From positions 4,786 to 68,785 of the forward strand of contig JAGBZX010000018.1 of NCBI GenBank assembly GCA_017628025.1: DNA of 64,000 bases, read 5' to 3'. This DNA comes from Kiritimatiellia bacterium (GTDB lineage: Bacteria > Verrucomicrobiota > Kiritimatiellia > RFP12 > UBA1067). A program made the translations under genes and the position numbers. Within the stretch, counting starts at the first letter, position 1. Each line of letters starts with the position of its first letter. Shown piece by piece: positions 26,067-32,804 of this stretch. Below the pieces are notes generated by a model. The model saw only the letters and a program-made list of their open reading frames with translations, did no database searches and was not told where the DNA came from.

Positions 26067-28637
26067 TTATCTGACCATGAGCGCGAAGCCACAACGCTTG
26101 TCAAGGCAAAGCGAGATGTTATCAAGCCCCATTGAAAGAGTATTATAAGTACCAATTCGAGACTCTTTTGGTATGGTAAATTTCAATTTATAAGCGCCTC
26201 CCTTTGGGATATTAAACTGCTGCACTTGTGATTTCCAGTTACTTTGACCAATATCTTTAACATCAAACTCTCCAATAGAAATTATCCTATCAGAATTATT
26301 TTTATCAACAAGCTCTACTTTTACTTTCCACTCATTATTTGCTATATTACTAGTATTCGCGCCTCTTACTAACATACAAGAGAATGTATAAAGCCCCCCA
26401 CAATGAGGATTTACATCACATGAAACACACCCTTCATCTCCATCATATAAGGTAGTCAGCTGCAGAGAAAGCCCTGTAAGTCCATACGATCTAATATTGG
26501 TACCATATGATAAATTATTGTGTGAAGAGATTATTCCACACACAAAATAACTACTTCCTGCATTCTGCTCTATATTCCAAGATCCGGCATTTAATAGTCT
26601 GAGGCTTCCTATAACATCCAGCTGACTAATATATTCTACATGTTGTTCAAAATCACCATTTAAAACAAGATTATCTTTAATATTTTGAGTAAAATATGCC
26701 GTTGCAACAATAGGTTTATTTTTAACTACTACTTCAGCCTGCGCCTCGCTTGGGCATCCGCCAGAAAAGAACCCACCCCAACCTTTAAAGCCTACGGTAG
26801 AAGCAACTTCAAGAGTTATCTCATCTCCAGTCTTATACCAACCAGACTTATTCTCTTTTAATGCACCATTACCTTCAACAACAGTCGAAACATAATACTC
26901 TTCACGCCATTTCCATGTTAAAAGAACCGGTTCTTCAAATTGAACAGAGGCTGAGACATTCCCGTTTTGTGCCTCGCTTACCGGGAAAACTTCAGATGTA
27001 ACACCTGTTGAAAATGAAGTAAGCGTATAACCTACACAATGTTGACGGATTGTTTCTGTTACCTCTGTAAATTCCGGAGCATAAAGTGTATAAGTGCTTC
27101 CAACGCTTGAATACGAAGCAAAATGATCTTCCAAAGAACCATTTATTGCAAATCCGTCATAACTAACCGTAATCCCACTAGGAATGAAAAATGCCTTGAT
27201 AGTTGTAGGTTTCGATTCAACCGTAAATGCATACTCATTTGAGGTATTCTCTAAATCCACACCATCTTTTTGCCATTTGCCCAAACTATAGTTAAATCCA
27301 GGAGTTGCTACGATAGTCATCAATGTACCTGAACTATAATAGCCAGTTGACACATTAAACGTGCCTTCTCTATCTTTTTCGATAGTAACTAAATAGCGAA
27401 GCTCCCACTGCCATTCAAGTGTAGATCCAGCACAAGAAGAATCAAGTATTGCCTTTAAATTAGTCTCACCTTCCGCAAGAGTCCCAGAAGAGCGAATAAG
27501 TTCTCCTGATGAACCATAAAGTTTCCACCCTGTGCAATACGCCCTTACACCATCTTCTACTTGTACATACTCTTGACAAGAATACTCATTTGCAGGAATT
27601 TCTTCATAAGCGCCATAAGCAGGAACAGGTGTGCCATAAGAGCCGCCAAAAGAAGAAATAATAATACCAGACGAAACATCTACTTTTGCGTAACGCAATA
27701 TAACAATACCACTACCACCAGCTCCGCCATCCTTTGATGCATGACCGCCCCCGCCTCCACCACCGAGACCATTCGTTCCGGGGTTGCCAACAGTAGCGTA
27801 GCCTATTTTCTTATCAGAGGTTCCTCCACCTCCATCGCCACCTCCACCAAGTCCTCCAGAACCAGAAGAATTATAAGTACTCGAATAACCAGCACCACCG
27901 CCGCCGCCACCATAATAAATTTCAGTACCAGTAATAGAAGATTTCCGGCCGTTCCCACCAGAGAACCCTGTAGCAGGCGCTCCTGCACCGCCACCGCCAT
28001 AACCTCTTGAATTGCCACCCATTGCGACCCTACCATATCCATTATTACCCTGTCCTTCAAATCCATTTCCTCCAGGAGCTGGATAACTCCTTGATGCACC
28101 TGCAGCCGTTCCCGCACCACCGCCGCCACTGCCGCCATCAGCACCACCAAACAAATCTTTCAAGTTCGCATCATTATAAATACCGCCGCCACCACCGCCT
28201 CCATAACTAGTCACCTTTCTTAATCCAAAAGCAATGTATGAATCCCCTCCATTTGAACCACGAATAGAACCGAGACCATGTTTCACTCCTCCTGCACCAC
28301 CGTCTCCTACTTTAATCTCAATTTCTTGATTGGGACTAACCGAGGAAGTCTCTTCTATCATACCGCCGCCACCACCACCGCCACCATGGTAGTATCCACC
28401 ACCGCCACCTCCGGCAACAACAAGATATTCCATAGAATACACACCAGACGGCACTGTAAATGAATGAGGCGTCGATGTATCAGTAAAAGCAACGACATAC
28501 TCTGTCTTCCCCTCTGCCGTTACAACTTCATTCGACCAGCCGCCTTCGATTTCAAACGGACCAGAAACAGATACATCTTGTGCATTAATAAAAGAAAATA
28601 CCGATATTCCAAGCGAAAAAACTATGCTCTTTTTCAT
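26067..28637 (-). CDS. Glycine-rich secreted surface protein, paralog C (856 aa)
   Basis: The signal peptide is MKKSIVFSLGISVFSFINA/QDV with a GGAGG SD. It has the same architecture as B and D, plus additional InlB-B-repeat-like modules (..GKWQKDGVDL..IKAFF, ..FKGWGG..ATAYF). The Gly-run domain spans aa 57-316 and ends GSGIVILRY. The C-terminal domain starts DNLVLNGDFE and the tail is GFALMVR. Confidence 0.9.
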   Translation of the reverse strand: MKKSIVFSLGISVFSFINAQDVSVSGPFEIEGGWSNEVVTAEGKTEYVVAFTDTSTPHSFTVPSGVYSMEYLVVAGGGGGGYYHGGGGGGGGMIEETSSVSPNQEIEIKVGDGGAGGVKHGLGSIRGSNGGDSYIAFGLRKVTSYGGGGGGGIYNDANLKDLFGGADGGSGGGGAGTAAGASRSYPAPGGNGFEGQGNNGYGRVAMGGNSRGYGGGGAGAPATGFSGGNGRKSSITGTEIYYGGGGGGAGYSSTYNSSGSGGLGGGGDGGGGTSDKKIGYATVGNPGTNGLGGGGGGGHASKDGGAGGSGIVILRYAKVDVSSGIIISSFGGSYGTPVPAYGAYEEIPANEYSCQEYVQVEDGVRAYCTGWKLYGSSGELIRSSGTLAEGETNLKAILDSSCAGSTLEWQWELRYLVTIEKDREGTFNVSTGYYSSGTLMTIVATPGFNYSLGKWQKDGVDLENTSNEYAFTVESKPTTIKAFFIPSGITVSYDGFAINGSLEDHFASYSSVGSTYTLYAPEFTEVTETIRQHCVGYTLTSFSTGVTSEVFPVSEAQNGNVSASVQFEEPVLLTWKWREEYYVSTVVEGNGALKENKSGWYKTGDEITLEVASTVGFKGWGGFFSGGCPSEAQAEVVVKNKPIVATAYFTQNIKDNLVLNGDFEQHVEYISQLDVIGSLRLLNAGSWNIEQNAGSSYFVCGIISSHNNLSYGTNIRSYGLTGLSLQLTTLYDGDEGCVSCDVNPHCGGLYTFSCMLVRGANTSNIANNEWKVKVELVDKNNSDRIISIGEFDVKDIGQSNWKSQVQQFNIPKGGAYKLKFTIPKESRIGTYNTLSMGLDNISLCLDKRCGFALMVR

Positions 28638-28667
28638 AAAACCCTCCTACAACAATTATTCTTAGGT

Positions 28668-28696
28668 ATAATATCATTTACCCCCCCCCCTGTCAA
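28668..28696 (-). promoter_or_regulatory. Sigma70-type promoter with a G10 homopolymer spacer (paralog C)
   Basis: The minus strand reads TTGACA (28691-28696), G x10 (28681-28690), TAAATGA, then TATTAT (28668-28673). The spacer is 17 nt. Confidence 0.7.
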
Positions 28697-28805
28697 TGCC
28701 AAAGTTTTGTACCATTATTTCAATTTGCAGGTCTATCACCAAAAGGGCCTACGTGGGCGAATATACGGCTCGAATCAGCTCTTACGGCGATGCCGTTGAC
28801 AAAAT

Positions 28806-28832
28806 AAAAAAGTAGGTCTGACCTACTTTTTT
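28806..28832. terminator. Bidirectional hairpin flanked by an A-run and a T-run (second terminator after paralog D)
   Basis: AAAAAAGTAGGTCTGACCTACTTTTTT is a near-identical copy of 25945-25968. Confidence 0.5.
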
Positions 28833-28871
28833 ATTTTTGAAAACTCATTTTAGAAAAACTCCTAACGAAAC

Positions 28872-28904
28872 AAAACTCCCGCCCAAATTTAGGACGAGAG
28901 TTTT
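28872..28904 (-). terminator. Rho-independent terminator of paralog D
   Basis: It has the same 9-bp stem as 26010-42 (CUCUCGUCC/GGGCGGGAG). The only differences between the two copies fall in the loop (CUAAAUUU vs CUGAUUUU). A U-tract follows. Confidence 0.7.
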
Positions 28905-28928
28905 ATTTAGCTTAGTCTCTTACCTTAC

Positions 28929-31085
28929 TTATCTAACCATGAGCGCGAAGCCAAAACGCTTTTTAAGTTTAAGCATGAGGTTGTCTATCGCTGAATGAGC
29001 ATTAACATTATCGTTAACATCATTTTTGTATACCTTAGATCTTTCTATTTTAAATATCAATTTATAAATTCCGCCTTTTCGAATTTGAATTTCAAAAGGA
29101 TAATTTGCCTTAGAAGCATTATCTTTTTGAAGGATATTACAAACATTTACCTCTTCACCACTTCCATTTTTTTGTAAATAAACACTTATCTCCCATGTTG
29201 TTGCATTTACATCACCTGGATCTGCATCAAATGATAAATCATAAAGACCTGAACACGGTATATTGACATAACAACTTATTGATGCAGTTCCTGAGTAGTT
29301 AGTGTTTTTTCCTTTTGTCCCTATAATTCCTGAATGATTACCACTTATGACCTTTGAGCCAGAGTTTGCTACACCTGTCGATCTAGCACTTAATAATCCT
29401 GTTGGATAGGATGTATAAGAATTTTGTGTAGATTCCCATATTCCTCCTATTAAACGAGAAAATGTCGTATCTATCGTCGTAGAATCGCTAGTATTTCCAC
29501 TCATTTCAAAATCGCCATTAAGTACCAAATTATCTTTATTATGCGCTGTAAAGTAAGCGGTAATTGTCATTGGTGCAGCAACAACTTCAATTGTTTTACT
29601 TGGCTCAATTGAACGATCTGCGTTAATTCCCCAGCCGCCCCAGCCGATAAAGTTGTCCATAGAGGTAATTGCTACTTGAATAGTATCGCCTGCTCTATAC
29701 CAACCGGATTTGTCTGCAACAAGGCTGCCTCTCTCGCAAGAAGCTACAGTTGAAACATAATATTCTTTTTCAAATTTCCATTTAAGGATAACGCCTTTTT
29801 CAGAATCGTTCCTTGTGAAAGTAATCGTTTTTGATAAATCAGTTTCTTCGTATGGAGGATTTTCCGAATCAAAAGTATCAGACCTGATTAGATACTCTTC
29901 ACCTTCTTCATTCCTACCATAAAGTTCCCAACCAATACAAGTAGCCCTTGCACCTTCGCTAAGTACCGTATATTTCGGACAAGTAAATGCGCTATTACTC
30001 GGTAGTTCCTTGTAAATATCATAAGCAGGACTTGGTGTACCAAACTTCTCAGTAGTAGAATCAACTGCAATACCTTGGAAATTATCGTTATTAAGCGCAT
30101 ATCTCAACACAACAATGCCGCTATCGCCTGAGCCGCCCGATCGGTAACCTCTCGCGCCACCGCCACCACCGCCTGTAGAAGCAGTTCCCGACCCTCCATT
30201 ACCTACTGGTTCATTGCTTATATTACCGCCAGCGCCACCTCCGCCAGCGCCACCAAGACCATTATTATCAATCGAGTTACCATAGGTACCGCCGCCACCA
30301 CCACCAGCATACCGAACCTGTGCACCAGTGATATAAGAATATCTACCATCCCCACCATGCCCTCGATTATTGGTATTAGCAGTTGTAATCGTAATTCCTG
30401 CCATCCCTGCTCCGCCACCTCCTGCTCCTGGTCTATTTTGGGTAGTATCCGAGGTTCTGTTACCACCTGCAAAACCTTGTCCTTCCACGCAAGTTCCACC
30501 AGTTGTTGGTAATTTAGCTGAACTGCCACTTGTTCCAGCAGCACCGCCACCACTGCCACCAGCTGAACCATTAGCAACATCTTGAGAATATGCAGAGCCT
30601 CCAGCACCACCACCAATGGCAATTATATCAGTCGCCCCTTTAATAAAGGAATCTTCACCATTATTTGCTACTTTATTTGCACTAGAACCGCCGCCACCAC
30701 CAGCGCCAACAACAATAGTTAAATCAGTACTTTCAGAAATACTATTAAGCGTGCCTGTAAGCATACCGCCACCGCCGCCGCCACCGCCGCCACCACCAGA
30801 GGATGCATTATTACCAGTACCGCCACCGCCACCACCGGCGACGACTAGATAATCAATTTTGCTGTCTTTAACATTGGCGGGAACTTGCCAAGTGTGAGGA
30901 TTTGATTCATCATTAACAGTTGTAAATGCAACGACATATTCAAGTGTTCCATCGGGCAACAACAATGTCTGCGTGTACCCGCTATCAGTCGTTTCTTTTT
31001 GAGCAAAATATTGTGCCGCCGTAGGCTCTGCAAGAACAGAAGAAGCAACAAAAAATACCGAGACAAACGAAAGCAACAATTTCAT
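28929..31085 (-). CDS. Glycine-rich secreted surface protein, paralog D (718 aa)
   Basis: I prefer the start at 31085 (MKLLLSFVSVFFVASSVLA/EPT) with a GGAGG SD 8 nt upstream. The track ORF runs on to 31412 through non-coding-looking sequence. D is close to B in the N-terminal, Gly-run and B-repeat parts. Its C-terminal domain (from DNLVLNGDFE) is strongly divergent, and the tail is GFALMVR. Confidence 0.85.
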   Translation of the reverse strand: MKLLLSFVSVFFVASSVLAEPTAAQYFAQKETTDSGYTQTLLLPDGTLEYVVAFTTVNDESNPHTWQVPANVKDSKIDYLVVAGGGGGGTGNNASSGGGGGGGGGGGMLTGTLNSISESTDLTIVVGAGGGGGSSANKVANNGEDSFIKGATDIIAIGGGAGGSAYSQDVANGSAGGSGGGAAGTSGSSAKLPTTGGTCVEGQGFAGGNRTSDTTQNRPGAGGGGAGMAGITITTANTNNRGHGGDGRYSYITGAQVRYAGGGGGGTYGNSIDNNGLGGAGGGGAGGNISNEPVGNGGSGTASTGGGGGGARGYRSGGSGDSGIVVLRYALNNDNFQGIAVDSTTEKFGTPSPAYDIYKELPSNSAFTCPKYTVLSEGARATCIGWELYGRNEEGEEYLIRSDTFDSENPPYEETDLSKTITFTRNDSEKGVILKWKFEKEYYVSTVASCERGSLVADKSGWYRAGDTIQVAITSMDNFIGWGGWGINADRSIEPSKTIEVVAAPMTITAYFTAHNKDNLVLNGDFEMSGNTSDSTTIDTTFSRLIGGIWESTQNSYTSYPTGLLSARSTGVANSGSKVISGNHSGIIGTKGKNTNYSGTASISCYVNIPCSGLYDLSFDADPGDVNATTWEISVYLQKNGSGEEVNVCNILQKDNASKANYPFEIQIRKGGIYKLIFKIERSKVYKNDVNDNVNAHSAIDNLMLKLKKRFGFALMVR

Positions 31086-31110
31086 AACAAATCCTCCCTT
31101 GTTTTTAAGT

Positions 31111-31141
31111 ATTTTATCATTTACCCCCCCCCTGGTGTCAA
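31111..31141 (-). promoter_or_regulatory. Sigma70-type promoter with a CCA+G9 spacer (paralog D), 19-nt spacing
   Basis: The minus strand reads TTGACA (31136-31141), CCA, G x9 (31124-31132), TAAATGA, then TAAAAT (31111-31116). The spacer is 19 nt. Confidence 0.6.
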
Positions 31142-31254
31142 CAAAAAAAAGACAAAAAAGCCTAATCAACACAATTATTGGTAGCGGCGGGATTCGCCTG
31201 CCGCGTGATGCACCTATCGCGAAGCGATCAGGTCCCCCGACGAGCAAAGCGAGG

Positions 31255-31291
31255 AGCTTTCGCATAGCGAGTCTCAAGAGTCCGAGCCGCA
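31255..31291. repeat. 37-bp perfect direct repeat, copy 1
   Basis: AGCTTTCGCATAGCGAGTCTCAAGAGTCCGAGCCGCA is identical to 31773-31809. Confidence 0.9.
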
Positions 31292-31680
31292 GAACTGACT
31301 TTTCCGATTGCGCATAGGCTTCGCTACATTGATATTGATAATTGGTACTGGCAACACTGGAGTAATCGGTTACTCGATTATCCATTGTACATTGCGCCTG
31401 CGGCGCGACCACTAAAACCGTTGGGCGGCTTTATAGCGAACTAACACGAAAAAGACCAGAGTTTGGGAACACTTTCCCTTGTACTTCAGACCTTCTAATC
31501 TCGTATCTCTATTTTAGTGAACATTCGTGTCGCCGAACCGCGGCGTTTCGTGTCTGTGGCGTGTGACGAAACCCGTAAGGGTGAATCAGAGATGGACGCA
31601 CCACCAAGGGGAAGCCTTATCGAAGCGAACTGCGAAGAATATCTACCGACCGAAGGTCGCTGCCGAAGGCAGTCGCTAGA

Positions 31681-31767
31681 GTGGTGCCTCAAGGCCCCGC
31701 GCGAGGAGCTTTCTAGAGAGAGTGTTACGCGCGAGGATTTTGATTCGTGGTGCCTCAAGGCCCCGCG
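31681..31767. repeat. Pair of 21-bp direct repeats (31681-31701 and 31747-31767)
   Basis: GTGGTGCCTCAAGGCCCCGCG occurs twice, 66 bp apart. Each copy is followed by a GAGGAGCTTTC / GAAAAGCTTTC variant that also precedes the 37-bp repeat. Confidence 0.85.
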
Positions 31768-31772
31768 AGAAA

Positions 31773-31809
31773 AGCTTTCGCATAGCGAGTCTCAAGAGTC
31801 CGAGCCGCA
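31773..31809. repeat. 37-bp perfect direct repeat, copy 2
   Basis: It is identical to 31255-31291 and lies 518 bp away in the same orientation. Confidence 0.9.
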
Positions 31810-31842
31810 CAGGGGATTGCTCTTGAAGATACACTACACTTC

Positions 31843-32745
31843 TTAAGGTCTTGGATGGAACCTGCGATGCATCTCGCCAAATTTGCGCTCGTCAATATGA
31901 GTATATATCTGAGTTGTGCCAATATCTGCATGACCAAGCATCTCTTGTATCGCTCTTATATCAGCGCCATGTTGCAACATATGCGACGCAAATGAATGCC
32001 TCAAAACGTGTGGCGAAATTCTATTAGCCGAGATTCCTGCAATAGCAGCTCTTTCTCTAAGCAACTTAAAAATACCCTGCCGCGTAAATGGTCGACCTAA
32101 ACGAGTTACAAAAAGGATACTCTCAAACTCCGGTAACTTTGGAAACGTAGGTCTAGACTTATCTAAATAATTACAAAGCGCATTTCCAGCAGCATTGCCT
32201 AACGGTATTAATCTCTCTTTTGAACCCTTACCCATTACACGCAAAAGCTCTCCATCGGCTACTATATCATCTAGTCTTATTGCACAAAGCTCTGACACTC
32301 TAAGCCCACAGCCATACAAAAACTCTATTATCGCCCTATCCCTTAGAGATCTAGGGTCTTCTGCCGTAATTAATTCTATAAGATTTTGCGTTTCATCCTC
32401 TGAAAGAACTCGTGGCAATACACGAGCTCTCCTTGATGACTCAATAAGCTCAGAAGGTGCTGTTTTCAAAACGCCTTGAGAGACTAGAAAACTAAAAAAA
32501 CCTCTTAATGCTGCTACTCTTCTCGTGCGTGTCGCAGAAGACTTACCTTCATCTCGCTCTACTTCAAGAAATTGAGTTATATCAGAACGAACAACTTCTG
32601 AAGATTCTGTCTTTGCGCGCTTTGAAAGAAAATCTCTAAAAAACGACAAATCACTTGAATACGCCAACGACGTATTCGAAGACAAGCCTTTTTCCAAAAG
32701 CAACGAGGCAACAAAATCTGCAATATCGTCTTTTAATAAACCCAT
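31843..32745 (-). CDS. xerD: Tyrosine site-specific recombinase, XerD/XerC type
   Basis: The catalytic region is HVLRHSFASHMLQHGADIRAIQEMLGHADIGTTQIYTHI, with GLRVSELCAIRLDDI and GKGSKERLIPLG. The 300-aa length is typical of Xer and lacks an integron-integrase insertion. Confidence 0.75.
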   Translation of the reverse strand: MGLLKDDIADFVASLLLEKGLSSNTSLAYSSDLSFFRDFLSKRAKTESSEVVRSDITQFLEVERDEGKSSATRTRRVAALRGFFSFLVSQGVLKTAPSELIESSRRARVLPRVLSEDETQNLIELITAEDPRSLRDRAIIEFLYGCGLRVSELCAIRLDDIVADGELLRVMGKGSKERLIPLGNAAGNALCNYLDKSRPTFPKLPEFESILFVTRLGRPFTRQGIFKLLRERAAIAGISANRISPHVLRHSFASHMLQHGADIRAIQEMLGHADIGTTQIYTHIDERKFGEMHRRFHPRP

Positions 32746-32780
32746 AAAAAAATTCCGCTAGGGCATATTACTCCTAGCGG
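32746..32780 (-). terminator. Rho-independent terminator after the RND operon, abutting the xerD start codon
   Basis: The minus-strand RNA is CCGCUAGG-AGUAAUAUGC-CCUAGCGG (8-bp stem), then AAUUUUUUU, then AUG of xerD directly. Confidence 0.65.
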
Positions 32781-32804
32781 ATTATTTTTTACGCAACTAA
32801 ATAC

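Larger units (their letters stand above)
31143..31842. other. 700-nt repeat-rich, GC-elevated non-coding region (possible structured RNA or decayed mobile-element scar)
   Basis: No plausible ORF is present; the track ORFs here are S/R-rich and contain repeats. The region carries internal direct repeats and several short GC hairpins. The minus-strand end has the hairpin GCGGCAGG-CGAAU-CCGCCGC (31184-31204) followed by a U-rich stretch. Confidence 0.4.

Noticed and set aside
26394-26399. G6 run inside the coding region of paralog C as a translational phase-variation site.
   Set aside because: Six nucleotides is short for efficient slippage. It encodes an ordinary Gly-Gly within a conserved CGGLY segment, and no comparable run is present in the other paralogs.
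23700-31085. Glycine-rich paralogs as RTX/T1SS substrates, collagen-like proteins or PE_PGRS-like proteins.
   Set aside because: They have cleavable Sec signal peptides and no GGxGxD nonapeptides, which excludes RTX. There is no G-X-Y triplet periodicity, which excludes collagen-like. There is no PE domain, and the host is a diderm.
31086-31412. N-terminal 109-aa extension of paralog D given by the track ORF (28929-31412).
   Set aside because: The extension reads through the promoter, the poly-G tract and the repeat-rich non-coding block. The internal ATG at 31085 has a GGAGG SD and begins a canonical signal peptide homologous to that of paralog B.
31143-31842. Identification of the non-coding block as RNase P RNA, tmRNA or a group II intron.
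   Set aside because: There are superficial resemblances: AAGAGTCCGAGCC vs the P4 GAAAGUCCGGGC, CGTAAGGGTGAA, a GUGCG on the minus strand, and a 3' hairpin plus ACCA. They do not assemble into the required architecture. There is no complementary P4 strand at the right distance, no T-arm with a 7-nt loop, and no domain V. The internal direct repeats are also inconsistent with these RNAs.
31086-32745. Invertible-promoter (fimbrial or Bacteroides-type) switch driven by the adjacent tyrosine recombinase.
   Set aside because: I found only direct repeats, not inverted repeats, flanking the promoter region. The poly-G spacer offers a simpler switching mechanism. The idea is retained only as a deletion/excision possibility in the findings.
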